A DNA stretch of 53,505 nt from Zoogloeaceae bacterium (GCA_031258715.1 JAIRMN010000063.1:1-53505), one strand, 5' to 3'. Positions 29,385 through 39,868 are shown, counted from the first letter of the stretch. Program-made: numbers and translations. The notes: generated by a model not told the origin, from the sequence alone.

Positions 29385-30254
29385 ATGCTGGTCATGGATG
29401 CGGGTGATCTGGTTTTGCAGGGCGAGACCTTGCCGGGGGATTTGCTGGAAAAGGCGCGGATGGCGACGGGCGGGCGGCGGGTCTTGCCGGGATCGCCGCA
29501 GACCACGCCGCAAGTGGCGCGGTTTTCGGGCGCGCGGCGAGGCGCGGCCTTCGACGCCCTGGTTCCCGAAATCGAAGCGGCGCGGGTGGATTGGGCCTTC
29601 ATGCCTGCCGGGGCGCGATTGTCGGACTATCGCCTGATTGCCTTCGACATGGATTCCACCCTGATCGCCATCGAATGTATCGATGAGCTGGCCGATTTCG
29701 CGGGCAGGAAATCCGAGGTGGCGGCTGTGACGGAAGCGGCCATGCAAGGCGAGATCGATTATCCCGAAAGCCTGCGCCGCCGCCTGGCCTTGCTCGCCGG
29801 TCTGGACGCGCGCGTGTTGGCGGAAGTCTATGCAGAACGCCTGCGCCTCTCGCCGGGCGCGCGCGAGTTGCTGGCGGCGGCGAGAAGCGCGGGATTGCGC
29901 ACGGTATTGCTTTCCGGCGGCTTCACCTATTTCACCGAGCGCCTTCGGATCGAACTGGGGTTCGACTTCGCTACTTCCAACGAACTGGAAATCGCGGGCG
30001 GCAAGATGACTGGCCGGGTACTGGGCGAAATCGTCGATGCCGAGGCCAAGGCAAAAGCCTTGCGGCATCTGAAAGCGGAACAGGGATTGCGCCGGGAGAT
30101 GGTGATCGCCGTGGGCGACGGCGCGAACGATTTGCGGATGATGGCGGAAGCCGGGCTTTCCGTGGCTTACCACGCCAAGCCCGCTACCCGCGCGAAGGCG
30201 GATGTGGCGCTCAACTTTTGCGGGCTGGACGGCCTGTTGCGGCTCTTCGCCTGA
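29385..30254 (+). CDS. serB: Phosphoserine phosphatase
   Basis: FDMDSTLIAIECIDELA, SGGF, GDGANDL. Confidence 0.95.
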   Translation: MLVMDAGDLVLQGETLPGDLLEKARMATGGRRVLPGSPQTTPQVARFSGARRGAAFDALVPEIEAARVDWAFMPAGARLSDYRLIAFDMDSTLIAIECIDELADFAGRKSEVAAVTEAAMQGEIDYPESLRRRLALLAGLDARVLAEVYAERLRLSPGARELLAAARSAGLRTVLLSGGFTYFTERLRIELGFDFATSNELEIAGGKMTGRVLGEIVDAEAKAKALRHLKAEQGLRREMVIAVGDGANDLRMMAEAGLSVAYHAKPATRAKADVALNFCGLDGLLRLFA

Positions 30255-30412
30255 CGGCGCCGTCGGGAGCGCCTTGCGCGGATACATTTTTTCACGGAGA
30301 TCCATATCCGAAATTTTTGCTAGGCATTTCCCGGATGCTTTTGTTATTATCCTGAAACGGCTGCGACACGCCGATTGTTTACCAACCATTATCCTTTCAA
30401 AGAGGAGAAGCC

Positions 30413-31012
30413 ATGACCACCAGCAAGAAATCCGAACAGATCGCCGCCATTGGAAATGCCAATGCGGAAGCTTTGCTCACAATGGCGCGCAGAGCGCTGG
30501 ACAGCATCGAGAAACTGGCGACGCTCAATTTCAATACCATCCGTGAAGGCATCCAGGATGGCGCGAGAAACGCGGAAGCCTTGACCGCCACCAAGGATCC
30601 CAAGGAACTGCTTTCCGTGCAGTCCGCCATCGCCGCGCCCACGCTGGATAATGTGCGGAATTTCTACCATAACGCCTATGACGTTCTGCTGGAAGCGCAA
30701 CGCGGCATCACGGAAGTGATGGAAGCGCATTACCGCACCCTGTCCGAAGGCGCGGAAAGCGCCATCGAGGAAACCAAGAGCAAGATGCCCGCGGGCGGCG
30801 ATATTTTCGCCTCCACGATGAAGTCCCTGTTGCAGGCCAACTCCGAAGCCTTCGACCGCCTGAACTTCATGGCGCAACAAGCGGTTCAGATTGCCGACAG
30901 CAACATGAAGACGCTTGCCGCCAGCATCGGCGCGACCGGCGGCAAGAAGCCCGCGTCCACTGCCAAGGCGGCAGCGGGCAGCGCCACGCGGAAAGCCGCT
31001 TCCAAGGCCTGA
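30413..31012 (+). CDS. Phasin (PHA granule-associated protein)
   Basis: IEKLATLN, KDPKELL..Q, Ala/Lys-rich tail; AGGAG RBS. Confidence 0.85.
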   Translation: MTTSKKSEQIAAIGNANAEALLTMARRALDSIEKLATLNFNTIREGIQDGARNAEALTATKDPKELLSVQSAIAAPTLDNVRNFYHNAYDVLLEAQRGITEVMEAHYRTLSEGAESAIEETKSKMPAGGDIFASTMKSLLQANSEAFDRLNFMAQQAVQIADSNMKTLAASIGATGGKKPASTAKAAAGSATRKAASKA

Positions 31013-31043
31013 GCGCCTTTGTTGGGGTCTTTTTTCCTGCTTG

Positions 31044-31073
31044 AAAAAGGCAACCTCGGGTTGCCTTTTTTTT
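31044..31073. terminator. Bidirectional rho-independent terminator
   Basis: AAAAAGGCAACC-TCG-GGTTGCCTTTTTTTT between convergent genes. Confidence 0.85.
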
Positions 31074-31089
31074 GTGGCGTCTGCGGCGT

Positions 31090-31262
31090 AGCAAGAAATT
31101 AGCGTTAGCCCTTCAGGGCTGTCGGTCTAACGCCATTGGGAAGGGGTTTCTCTCCCCTCAAGAATGGCTACGGTCGAAACCCCGGCCTTCAGGCCGAGGT
31201 CTCAACCTTCGCGCCTTTCTTACGGGCGGGGTTTCAAACCGGAGTTCGTTTTTGGATGAACG
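31090..31262 (+). repeat. 173-bp four-hairpin element, copy 2 (most degenerate)
   Basis: Colinear with copy 1; abuts the aldolase stop codon. Confidence 0.9.
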
Positions 31263-32039
31263 TCAGTTCCGGTATCCCGGCAGTTCCCGATCCAGCCGCC
31301 GCAACAGGGCTGCCCATTCGCGTTTGCCGCCAGGCAGGAAGCTGGAGTGATCGCCGAAAATGACCTTGGCTTGCTGCGTGCCGCGCTCAATGACCTGCGG
31401 CGGCAACGGCTGCAAGGGAACGCCTGCGGATTGTGCGGCAAGCTGGAAGCGGCAGGCGCGTTCCAGACGCCAAATGCGGGAGAAGGCTTCCGGCATGTTG
31501 CGGCCAATGCTGAGTGTGCCGTGATTTCTCAGGATCAGGCTATGCTTGTTGCCCAGATCGGAGAGAATGCTTTGCCGTTCCGCATTGTCCAGCACTACGC
31601 CCTGAAAATCATGATAGGCCACATCGTTCAGAATCACCAGCGACATTTGCGTCAGTGGCAGAAGACCGCCCGCTTGACAGGAAACGGCGACGCCTTCTCT
31701 TGAATGCAAGTGAATGACGGCTTCGGCTTCCGGCGTTCCGGTGGCGTGAATCGCGCCGTGGATTACCGTTCCGGCGGGATTGAGATCGCCTTTGCCACCG
31801 TGCGGGTTACCGATGACCTGGCCTTGCAGATCGACTTCCAGAATGTCGGAAGCGGCAACTTCATCGAACAGCAGGCCGAGTGGATTGACCAGATAGCGGT
31901 CGCTGCGTCCGGGCACGCGGATGGAGATGTGCGTTGCCAGTAAATCCGTCCATCCGAACAGATGCGTCAGCCGGCAAGCGGCGGCGAGTTCGACGCGCGC
32001 GGCATTGGCGGTGTCGGAGATAGTGATGTCTGTGCTCAT
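31263..32039 (-). CDS. Class II aldolase/adducin family protein
   Basis: THISIRVP, IHGAIH, VIHLHS, LILRNHG. Confidence 0.92.
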   Translation of the reverse strand: MSTDITISDTANAARVELAAACRLTHLFGWTDLLATHISIRVPGRSDRYLVNPLGLLFDEVAASDILEVDLQGQVIGNPHGGKGDLNPAGTVIHGAIHATGTPEAEAVIHLHSREGVAVSCQAGGLLPLTQMSLVILNDVAYHDFQGVVLDNAERQSILSDLGNKHSLILRNHGTLSIGRNMPEAFSRIWRLERACRFQLAAQSAGVPLQPLPPQVIERGTQQAKVIFGDHSSFLPGGKREWAALLRRLDRELPGYRN

Positions 32040-32089
32040 GTGGGTTCCTTGAAAGGGTAAAAAAAAAGCTGTTGTCGGAGCGCACGGGT

Positions 32090-33112
32090 TCATTGCGCCT
32101 GTTCGAGTTCCGCCTTGAAATGCTGACGCTCTTCGAGGTCTTTTTTGAGCCGTGCAGCTGCATCTGCGCCGCTGCTAAAAACGACGACGCTACCGTTTTT
32201 CTCCGCGAGGGCTTTGAAGGCTGTGTTCTGGTTCGCTTTCTTGAGCGCGGCGGCAAATGCGGAAACGATGGCGGGCGGTGTGCCTGCTGGTGCGAATACG
32301 CCATCCCAGACGCTCAGGTCGGGCGCGGTCAGGCCGAATTCCCGCACGCTCGGTACATCGGGGATCTGTGGCAGGCGGTTATTCCCCACAATGACCAGCG
32401 GGAACAGTTTTCCATCCTTGCAGTGGCTGGCGACCAGAGACAGAGCGGCGGATCCGATGGGCAAATGTCCGGCAATCAGGTCTGTGACCAAAGGGCCGGT
32501 ACCCTTGAAGGCAACCTTGGTAAGATTGGCTTTCTGTTTGTGGATCAGGTAGTCGTACAAAATATCGCTGGTCGCGCCGTTGCCCGTCGAACCAACCGCC
32601 AGCGGCGGTTTGTCGGGGCTTTGCGCCCAGGCCAGAAACTCCCGGAAATTCCTCACTCCGGCGGAAGGATGTGCCGTGAGAATGTAGTAGGTCTCCACCA
32701 ACAGGGCAACCGGAACGAAATCCCGGAGAGGGTCGAACTGCACGGGCGTGGATGAGGATACCAGACTGCCGATCATCGACACGGTGTTGCCGAAAAGAAA
32801 GGTGTAGCCATCGGGTTTGCTGCGGGCGACGTGACGCACGCCGATGACGCCGGTCGCGCCCGGCCTGTTTTCCACGATGACCGGCTGCCCCAGCGTGGCG
32901 GAGAGTTCCTGGGAGACGATGCGGGCAAAAGCGTCCGACGTGCCGCCCGGCGACCAAGGCACCACCAGGGTGATCTGCCGTGTCGGCCAAGCGGTCTCTT
33001 CCGCTTGCGCGAAGGCAATTCCATGCAGCCACAGGCTCGTTAGCGAGATGGCGAGCGTTAACATGGAAGAAACCGCGTGTCGGATGCCTCTGGGTTCTTG
33101 GCGCTTTTTCAT
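32090..33112 (-). CDS. Tripartite tricarboxylate transporter substrate-binding protein (Bug/TctC family)
   Basis: WPTRQITLVVPWSPGGTSD, ENRPGATG, PDGYT, PAGTP. Confidence 0.93.
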   Translation of the reverse strand: MKKRQEPRGIRHAVSSMLTLAISLTSLWLHGIAFAQAEETAWPTRQITLVVPWSPGGTSDAFARIVSQELSATLGQPVIVENRPGATGVIGVRHVARSKPDGYTFLFGNTVSMIGSLVSSSTPVQFDPLRDFVPVALLVETYYILTAHPSAGVRNFREFLAWAQSPDKPPLAVGSTGNGATSDILYDYLIHKQKANLTKVAFKGTGPLVTDLIAGHLPIGSAALSLVASHCKDGKLFPLVIVGNNRLPQIPDVPSVREFGLTAPDLSVWDGVFAPAGTPPAIVSAFAAALKKANQNTAFKALAEKNGSVVVFSSGADAAARLKKDLEERQHFKAELEQAQ

Positions 33113-33113
33113 A

Positions 33114-33286
33114 GATTCCTCTAAAAACTAACTTCGGTTTGAAACCCCGCCCTTCAGGGCGGCGCGAAGGTTGAGACCCCGGCCTGAAGGCCGGGGTTTC
33201 TACCGTAGCCATTGGGGAGGGGATGCAAACCCCTTCCCAATGGAGTTAGACCGACAGCCCTGAAGGGCTGTCGCTAATTTCTTGCT
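33114..33286 (-). repeat. 173-bp four-hairpin element, copy 3
   Basis: Reverse-complement copy; 11-bp direct repeat TAGATTCCTCT at 33112-33122 and 33286-33296. Confidence 0.9.
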
Positions 33287-33556
33287 AGATTCCTCTTTTG
33301 AAGCGGATCGGGTGCGGTAAAGCATAGAGGGAATGAAAATGGCTGCAAACGAATAAAAACAGATAAGCGAATCAGAATGCGAGAATATGCATTTCAGAAA
33401 AAATTGGAATGCGTCGGATTGGTCTTGTCCTACCATTCCGGCATTTCTCTTTGGGCTGCTCGCCCCTCTCTTTTTTTGCGCAGGAGAAGAAAAAATGTCC
33501 ACAAGACATACAGATACAGGCAAACCCGGCAAACCCGCTTTTGGGTTTTGTATGTC

Positions 33557-34552
33557 ATGAATATCGCCATCTTCGGCGCGGGCGCCATCGGAAGTTATCT
33601 GGCGGCGCGGCTGGCTGTTGAGGGGTCGATCACTTTGATCGCCCGTGCCGGAACCGCCAGAAAAATTGTGAAATTCGGCCTCTGCGTCGAGGAAGAAGAA
33701 ATGCCCATGCTGCGGATTTTTCCAGAGGACGGCGGGTTTGCCGTTACTACAGCGGTTAGGGCGCGGGAATCGGGTACAAGTTTCGACGCCCTGCTGATCA
33801 CCACCAAAAGCCAGCAGCTTCTCCCGGCATTGCCGGAAATCAAGCCGTTGATTGCGCCGCATACCCTGATCGCCTGCCTGCAAAACGGTATTCCGTGGTG
33901 GTATTTCCAGGGGTTGGACGGACGGCCAATCGCGTGTCTCGATCCGGAAAACGCGCTGCCCGCCGTTCTTCCCGCGCGGCAACTCCTGGGCGGCGTCGTC
34001 CATAAGTCCGTCGACAGGCTTCGTCCCGGTCACGCGCTTGCCCGCCGCGCGGCGGGCGATCGGTTCATTTTCGGTTCTCCCCTGCCCGATGGCGACGCGC
34101 CAAAGGGCGAGGCGGCCTTCCTGGAAGCCTTGCGCGCGGCGGGACTGCCTGTCCAAAAAAGCCGCGACATTCGCCGCGATGTCTGGCAAAAGCTCTTGGG
34201 GAATGCGGCGCTGAATCCGATCTCCGCGCTGGCGAACGCCCGCATCGACGAGATTGTCGACTTCGCGCCCACTTATGCCCTGTCCGTTGCCGTCATCCGC
34301 GAAACCATGAACATCGCCGCCGCGTACCACGTTCGCCTGGACGTTTCGCCGGAAGAACGCCTTGCCCGTTCCCGCGCGGTGGGCGCCGCCCGATCTTCCA
34401 TGTTGCAGGACAAGATTCGCCGCCGCCCGCTGGAAACCGAAGGCATTCTTGGCGGCCTCATCGAACTGGCGCGGCGCGCGAACGTTCCCGCGCCGCGCCT
34501 GGAAACCCTGTATGCCGTCACTGCCCTGCTTTCCAGGAGCGGAGGGCGTTGA
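33557..34552 (+). CDS. Ketopantoate reductase family protein (PanE/ApbA-like)
   Basis: MNIAIFGAGAIG, LQNGIPWWYF, WQKLLGN, SSMLQD, E..GILG. Confidence 0.9.
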   Translation: MNIAIFGAGAIGSYLAARLAVEGSITLIARAGTARKIVKFGLCVEEEEMPMLRIFPEDGGFAVTTAVRARESGTSFDALLITTKSQQLLPALPEIKPLIAPHTLIACLQNGIPWWYFQGLDGRPIACLDPENALPAVLPARQLLGGVVHKSVDRLRPGHALARRAAGDRFIFGSPLPDGDAPKGEAAFLEALRAAGLPVQKSRDIRRDVWQKLLGNAALNPISALANARIDEIVDFAPTYALSVAVIRETMNIAAAYHVRLDVSPEERLARSRAVGAARSSMLQDKIRRRPLETEGILGGLIELARRANVPAPRLETLYAVTALLSRSGGR

Positions 34553-34571
34553 AGGGCATTCGCGCTCGCCG

Positions 34572-35291
34572 TCAACCGTCCGCGAGGACAGCTTTTTGCA
34601 GGGCGATCAGTTGGCGGATGCCGCCTTGGGCGAGGTCGAAGAGGGCGTCGAACTGGGCGCGAGTAAAGGCCGCGCCTTCCGCTGTCCCCTGGATTTCGAC
34701 GATGCCGCCTTCTCCGGTCATGACGATGTTCATGTCGGTGTCGCAGGTGGAATCTTCCGCGTAATCCAGGTCCAGCGCGGGGTTGCCGCCGACCATGCCG
34801 ACGGAGACGGCGGCCGCGTGATCGCGGATCGGATGGACGGCGATTTTTCCCTGGGCGCGCAGATGGATGCAGGCGTCATGGAGCGCGATCCAGGCGGCGG
34901 TGATGGCGGCGCAGCGTGTGCCGCCATCGGCCTGGAGCACGTCGCAATCCAGCGTAATCTGGCGTTCACCCAACTGCGCGAGGTTAGTGACGGCGCGCAG
35001 GGAACGGCCTATCAACCGCTGGATTTCCTGTGTGCGTCCGCTTTGCCCGCCTTTTGTGGCTTCGCGCGGGGAGCGGCTGTGCGTGGCGCGCGGCAGCATG
35101 CCGTATTCCGCCGTCACCCAGCCTTGTCCCCTGCCGCGCAGGAAGGGCGGGACGCTCTCTTCGACGCTGGCGGCGCATAGCACGCGGGTATTGCCCATCT
35201 CGATGAGCGCCGAACCCTCGGCGTGGGCGGCGTAATGGCGGATGAATCTGACGGGACGCAATTCGTCGGCGGCGCGTTGGCTGGGACGCAT
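34572..35291 (-). CDS. rph: Ribonuclease PH
   Basis: [37 protein letters not shown]. Confidence 0.98.
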   Translation of the reverse strand: MRPSQRAADELRPVRFIRHYAAHAEGSALIEMGNTRVLCAASVEESVPPFLRGRGQGWVTAEYGMLPRATHSRSPREATKGGQSGRTQEIQRLIGRSLRAVTNLAQLGERQITLDCDVLQADGGTRCAAITAAWIALHDACIHLRAQGKIAVHPIRDHAAAVSVGMVGGNPALDLDYAEDSTCDTDMNIVMTGEGGIVEIQGTAEGAAFTRAQFDALFDLAQGGIRQLIALQKAVLADG

Positions 35292-35301
35292 GAGGGATTC
35301 C

Positions 35302-36219
35302 TTATTCCTTGAAGCTGACTTTTTCGATAGCGGCGCGGATTTCATCGATGGCGCGTTCGATTTCGGTTTCGGTGAGGCTGGATTTGTAATGGGGATTGCG
35401 CCCGAATTCTTCCATGCGCGTGGTGAATTCGCTCGGCCCCATGCTCAGGGTGGAAATGGTGCTGCGCGAGTGTTCTTCGTAGTTTTCTTCCCAGCGCACG
35501 GCGATTAGGGAAAGGTTGTCGCCCTGCGCGCCGCCCCAGGTTTCGGCGCGCTCCACTATCTGCGCGGCGGATTGCACCAAATCGGGATGTTGCAGGGCTT
35601 GCGCCAGGATGTCGCCGGGCATGACGCCCCAGATGCCATCGGTGCACAAAAGCAGCAGATCGCCGGAATGGAGCGGCGTCTTGCGCGAGCATTCCACTTC
35701 CGGCGGATGCGTTCCGCCCAGGCAACTGTAGACCTTGTTGCGCTCCGGATGCGTTTCTGCCTGTTCCCTTGAAATCATGCCTTCATCGACCAGCATTTGC
35801 ACCTGGGAATGATCGCGGGTCTGGCCGATGATCTGTCCCTGGCGGATCAGGTAAAGGCGGGAATCGCCCGCGTGCGCCCAGTAAGCGATATTGTTCTGGA
35901 TTACGCAGGCGACGATGGTGGTGCGCGGCGAATCCTCGAGCCGGTGGGTTTCCGTGTAGGCGGAAATGGCGTAGTGCGCGTTGCCGATGTGTTTTTGCAG
36001 GAACCAGAACGGGTCTTCCAGCGTGGTCTGGGCTTCCTGCTGGAAGGCGCTGGTCATGGTCTGCACGGCGATTTGCGCGGCGACTTCGCCATAATAGTGC
36101 CCGCCCATGCCATCGGCAATGACCAGCAGGAGCGCGTCGCGCGAATAGCTGTAGGCCATGCGATCTTCGTTGTTTCTGCGTCCGCCGCGTCGGCTTTCCT
36201 GATAGATGGTGAATCTCAT
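35302..36219 (-). CDS. PP2C/PPM-family Ser/Thr phosphatase
   Basis: [29 protein letters not shown]. Start refined to ATG 36219. Confidence 0.94.
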   Translation of the reverse strand: MRFTIYQESRRGGRRNNEDRMAYSYSRDALLLVIADGMGGHYYGEVAAQIAVQTMTSAFQQEAQTTLEDPFWFLQKHIGNAHYAISAYTETHRLEDSPRTTIVACVIQNNIAYWAHAGDSRLYLIRQGQIIGQTRDHSQVQMLVDEGMISREQAETHPERNKVYSCLGGTHPPEVECSRKTPLHSGDLLLLCTDGIWGVMPGDILAQALQHPDLVQSAAQIVERAETWGGAQGDNLSLIAVRWEENYEEHSRSTISTLSMGPSEFTTRMEEFGRNPHYKSSLTETEIERAIDEIRAAIEKVSFKE

Positions 36220-37154
36220 GATTTTCTGGTGAAGAGGCGCGTAAACCAGGAAGCGGGACGCGCGGGTTTGACGGCCGCCTTGCTGTTTTCCAGCAAGGCC
36301 CTTTGCAGGGCGAAGGCGCTTTGCGGGCGATAGAGGTGGTTCAGGTTCAGGCACCAATCTACGGTTTCCAGCAGGTGATCCGAGAGTTGTCCTTCCCAGC
36401 GCGCCATGGCCGGAATCAGTTGATCCCGTTTTATGCGCGCGTCCGCCGCCTGCGGCGTCACGCCGGAAAGACAGGCGTACATGGCGGCGCCGACGCCGTA
36501 GATGTCGCTCCACGGCCCCAGATTCTTGCGATCGCCATAGTGTTCGGGCGAGGCGAATCCCGGCGTATACATGGGTTTCAGCATGGGCGTGTCGGAAGAA
36601 AGCGTCTGCCTTGCCGCGCCGAAATCCAGGAGCACCGGCGTATTGTCCACGCGCAGGTAGATGTTGGAAGGCTTGATGTCGAGATGGAGGAGCTTGCTGC
36701 TGTGCACGACCCGCAACCCGTTCAGCAGGCGCACGAACATCCCCCGGATGAAACGTTCGGAAATGTGTCCCAGGTGTTTGTGGATGAATTCCTGCAAGGT
36801 GCGTCCCTGCTCGTATTTCATCACCATATAGACGGTATCGTTGGCGCGGAAGAAGTTGATGACGCGCACCACGTTGGGATGGGAAAGGCTGGCGAGCGCC
36901 TTGCCTTCCTCGAAAAAGCATTTCATGCCGTAGCGGAAAGCGCCCTGGTGCTCCGTCTGGATGGCGGGTTTCGCTTCTCCCGCGCCACGCAGCGCCAGGC
37001 TGTTGGGCAGATATTCCTTGATGGCCACTTCCTGTCCCGTCTGGTCGCGCGCCAGATAGACAATGGAAAAACCGCCCAGGGAAAGCTGGCGGTCTATGGT
37101 GTACCCTTCAATTTGAAAACCGCTGGGTAAGGCGGCGTTGGCTTGTTGCCCCAT
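36216..37154 (-). CDS. Hanks-type Ser/Thr protein kinase (no TM segment)
   Basis: GGFSIVY, VAIKE, HLDIKPSN, DFG, ASPE, SDIYGVG. Confidence 0.95.
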   Translation of the reverse strand: MGQQANAALPSGFQIEGYTIDRQLSLGGFSIVYLARDQTGQEVAIKEYLPNSLALRGAGEAKPAIQTEHQGAFRYGMKCFFEEGKALASLSHPNVVRVINFFRANDTVYMVMKYEQGRTLQEFIHKHLGHISERFIRGMFVRLLNGLRVVHSSKLLHLDIKPSNIYLRVDNTPVLLDFGAARQTLSSDTPMLKPMYTPGFASPEHYGDRKNLGPWSDIYGVGAAMYACLSGVTPQAADARIKRDQLIPAMARWEGQLSDHLLETVDWCLNLNHLYRPQSAFALQRALLENSKAAVKPARPASWFTRLFTRKS

Positions 37155-37315
37155 TGTTGCTCATCGATGCTCATTGATGCGCATTGATGCCAAGATGGCG
37201 GGTATGATTGCGCTTTCCCGCTATTGTCCGGCCTTGCGGTCAAACTGTAAAGCGCGGCGGACATCGGATTATTTAACGCGGTTATCGTGTTTTCTCGTTT
37301 TCAGAGTGGTTGCCC

Positions 37316-38191
37316 ATGATCAACAGCATGACCGGCTATGCCGCCCAGACCCGCCGTTTTGCCGGCGGACAACTGTACATGGAATTGAAAGGCGTCAATT
37401 CCCGCTTCCTGGATCTGTATTTTCGCCTGGCCGACGAATTGCGCATGGCGGAAAGCGGCATACGCGAACACCTTGCCGCCCGCGTAAAACGCGGCAAGGT
37501 GGAATGCCGTCTTTATTTCACGTTGGAAAAAAAAACCGGCGCGGCGGCGGTAGACAGGACGGCGCTGGAGAAAATCAGGGAAATCAGCGATTTGGTGCGC
37601 GCGCATCTGCCCGAAGCCGGGGCGCTTTCGTTGGGCGATGTGCTCTCCTGGCCGGCGCTTTTGGAAAGCGAAACCGTGGAATTCGACGCGCTCGCGCCCG
37701 TCATCCGCGAACTGCTGGGCGCGACGCTGGATGAATTCATCGCCGCGCGCGCGCGTGAAGGCGAAAAGCTTGCCGCCTTCATCCTGGAACGCGGGCGGCA
37801 GATGCGCGTCGTTTTGTCCCGCGTCGCGCCCTTGATTCCCGCCGCGCAGTCCGCCCTGGGCGAAAAGCTGCGCCAGCGCCTGGACAACGCCATCAGCGCC
37901 TGCGGCGCCACTATCGACGAGAGCCGCGTCCTGCAGGAAGTCGCGCTCTTCGCCGCGCGTATCGACGTGGATGAGGAACTTTCCCGCCTGGGCGCGCACC
38001 TGGATGAACTGGAACGGATCTTCACCGTGGGCGGCGCGGTCGGCAAACGCCTGGATTTCCTGATGCAGGAATTGAACCGCGAAGCCAACACCCTGAGCGC
38101 CAAATCCGCCCACGCCGAAATCACCCAGGCCGCGATGGAACTCAAGCTCCTGATTGAGCAGATGCGCGAACAGGCGCAGAATCTGGAATGA
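37316..38191 (+). CDS. yicC: YicC/YloC family endoribonuclease
   Basis: SMTGY, VNSRFLD, RGKVE, GKRLDFLMQELNREANTL, EQMREQAQNLE. Confidence 0.95.
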   Translation: MINSMTGYAAQTRRFAGGQLYMELKGVNSRFLDLYFRLADELRMAESGIREHLAARVKRGKVECRLYFTLEKKTGAAAVDRTALEKIREISDLVRAHLPEAGALSLGDVLSWPALLESETVEFDALAPVIRELLGATLDEFIAARAREGEKLAAFILERGRQMRVVLSRVAPLIPAAQSALGEKLRQRLDNAISACGATIDESRVLQEVALFAARIDVDEELSRLGAHLDELERIFTVGGAVGKRLDFLMQELNREANTLSAKSAHAEITQAAMELKLLIEQMREQAQNLE

Positions 38192-38194
38192 GCC

Positions 38195-38689
38195 ATGCCG
38201 ATTTCGTTTCCACCCCCCGCCTTCGAACACAAGATTTGTCCGCCGGACGCGCTTGTCCGGCGCGCCGCCGCCCTGCCCGCGCCAAGGGTATTTACCAATG
38301 GCTGTTTCGATGTGCTCCATCGGGGACACGTCGCTTATCTGGCGCAGGCGCGCGCGCTGGGCGCTTCGCTGATGGTGCTCGTCAATTCGGACGCCTCGGT
38401 GCGACGCCAGGATAAGGGCGCGGATCGTCCCGTGAATCCGCTGGCCGATCGCGTGGCGGTGCTGGCGGCGCTGGAATCCGTGAGCCTGATCTCCTGGTTT
38501 GAGGAAGATACGCCTATCCTGCCCATACGGGCCTGCCGCCCGGAAATACTGGTCAAGGGCGGTGACTGGCCGGTTTCGCGCATCGTCGGCGCGGACGAGG
38601 TGCTGGGCTGGGGAGGTCTCGTCCACGCCATTCCCTTCCTGCATGACAGGTCCACCACCGCCCTCCTGGAAAAAATACGCAGCCGGTAA
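38195..38689 (+). CDS. ADP-heptose synthase nucleotidyltransferase domain (RfaE2 / HldE domain II)
   Basis: FTNGCFDVLHRGH, NSDASVR, LVKGGDW, STT. Confidence 0.93.
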   Translation: MPISFPPPAFEHKICPPDALVRRAAALPAPRVFTNGCFDVLHRGHVAYLAQARALGASLMVLVNSDASVRRQDKGADRPVNPLADRVAVLAALESVSLISWFEEDTPILPIRACRPEILVKGGDWPVSRIVGADEVLGWGGLVHAIPFLHDRSTTALLEKIRSR

Positions 38690-38752
38690 AATCTTGCCGA
38701 TGCCCTCGATGTCTTCTGCCTGATGCTTTTTGCCCGATAACGGATTTCATCC

Positions 38753-39868
38753 ATGCCCCCGACTCCGGAAGCCGTACAAACCGCCCTGCAATCCCTGATG
38801 GATCCCCTCACCGGCAAGGGTCTGGCGTGTGACGTCCCGATCCGCGGCATCCATGTCGAAAACGGCGGCGTCCGGCTGGCGGTCGAAGTAGGTTATCCGG
38901 TGGGCGGCGGGCTTTGCGCCGAACTGGAGGCGCGGATACGCGCCCACCTCATCGACCTCTTGGGCGCGCGCGAAGTGGCGGTTCGCGTGACGGGCAAGAT
39001 CGCCGCGCATGTCGCGCAACCGGGCGCGACGCGACGTCTGCCGGAAGTCAGGAACCTCATCGTGGTCGCCTCCGGCAAGGGCGGCGTCGGCAAGAGCGCC
39101 ACGGCGGTCAACCTGGCGCTGGCGCTGGCGACGGAAGGCGCGCGGGTCGGACTCCTGGACGCGGACATCTACGGGCCGTCATTGCCGGGGATGCTGGGGC
39201 TTTCCGGGCAACATCCCGCGCGGGAAGATGGCCGGATGCGTCCGCTCATGGCCTGTGGCGTGCAGGTCATGTCCATTGGTTTTCTGGCGGAAGAAAACGC
39301 GCCGATCATCTGGCGCAGCCCGCTGGTGACGCGCGCGCTTTTCCAGTTGCTCTACGAAACCCGATGGGACGACCTGGATTACCTGCTGGCGGATATGCCG
39401 CCAGGAACGGGCGACACGCAGCTTTCACTGGCGCAACAAGCGCCGATTACAGGCGCGGTGATGGTGACGACGCCGCAGGATGTCGCTCTCTCGGACGTGC
39501 GGCGCGGTATGCGCATGTTCGAAAAAGTGGGTGTGCGCATTCTGGGCGTGGTGGAAAACATGGGTTTTTATGTCTGTCCGCATTGCGGGCGGGAAGAAGC
39601 CATCTTTGGCGCGGGCGGCGGCGAACGGCTGTGCGCGGAATTCGGCGTCGATTGCCTGGGCAAGCTGCCGTTGGACGCGCGGATCCGCGCGGCAGGCGAT
39701 AACGGAAAACCCATCGTCATTGACGCGCCGGAAGCCCCGGTTACGCGCATCTACCGCGACATCGCCCGCCAGATCGCGGGCAAAATCGCCGCCCTGCCCA
39801 GAGACATGCGCGCAAGATTCCCCCCTATCGCCATCGAACCCGCACCCCAAAAACCAGGAAAGCCTTGA
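38753..39868 (+). CDS. apbC: Fe-S cluster carrier ATPase ApbC/Mrp
   Basis: SGKGGVGKS, DADIYGPS, DMPPGTGD, ENM...CPHC. Confidence 0.95.
   Translation: MPPTPEAVQTALQSLMDPLTGKGLACDVPIRGIHVENGGVRLAVEVGYPVGGGLCAELEARIRAHLIDLLGAREVAVRVTGKIAAHVAQPGATRRLPEVRNLIVVASGKGGVGKSATAVNLALALATEGARVGLLDADIYGPSLPGMLGLSGQHPAREDGRMRPLMACGVQVMSIGFLAEENAPIIWRSPLVTRALFQLLYETRWDDLDYLLADMPPGTGDTQLSLAQQAPITGAVMVTTPQDVALSDVRRGMRMFEKVGVRILGVVENMGFYVCPHCGREEAIFGAGGGERLCAEFGVDCLGKLPLDARIRAAGDNGKPIVIDAPEAPVTRIYRDIARQIAGKIAALPRDMRARFPPIAIEPAPQKPGKP

Noticed and set aside
35302..36921. 539-aa ORF as a kinase-phosphatase fusion
   Set aside because: The upstream part is an alternative frame over the kinase gene; the PP2C begins at ATG 36219.
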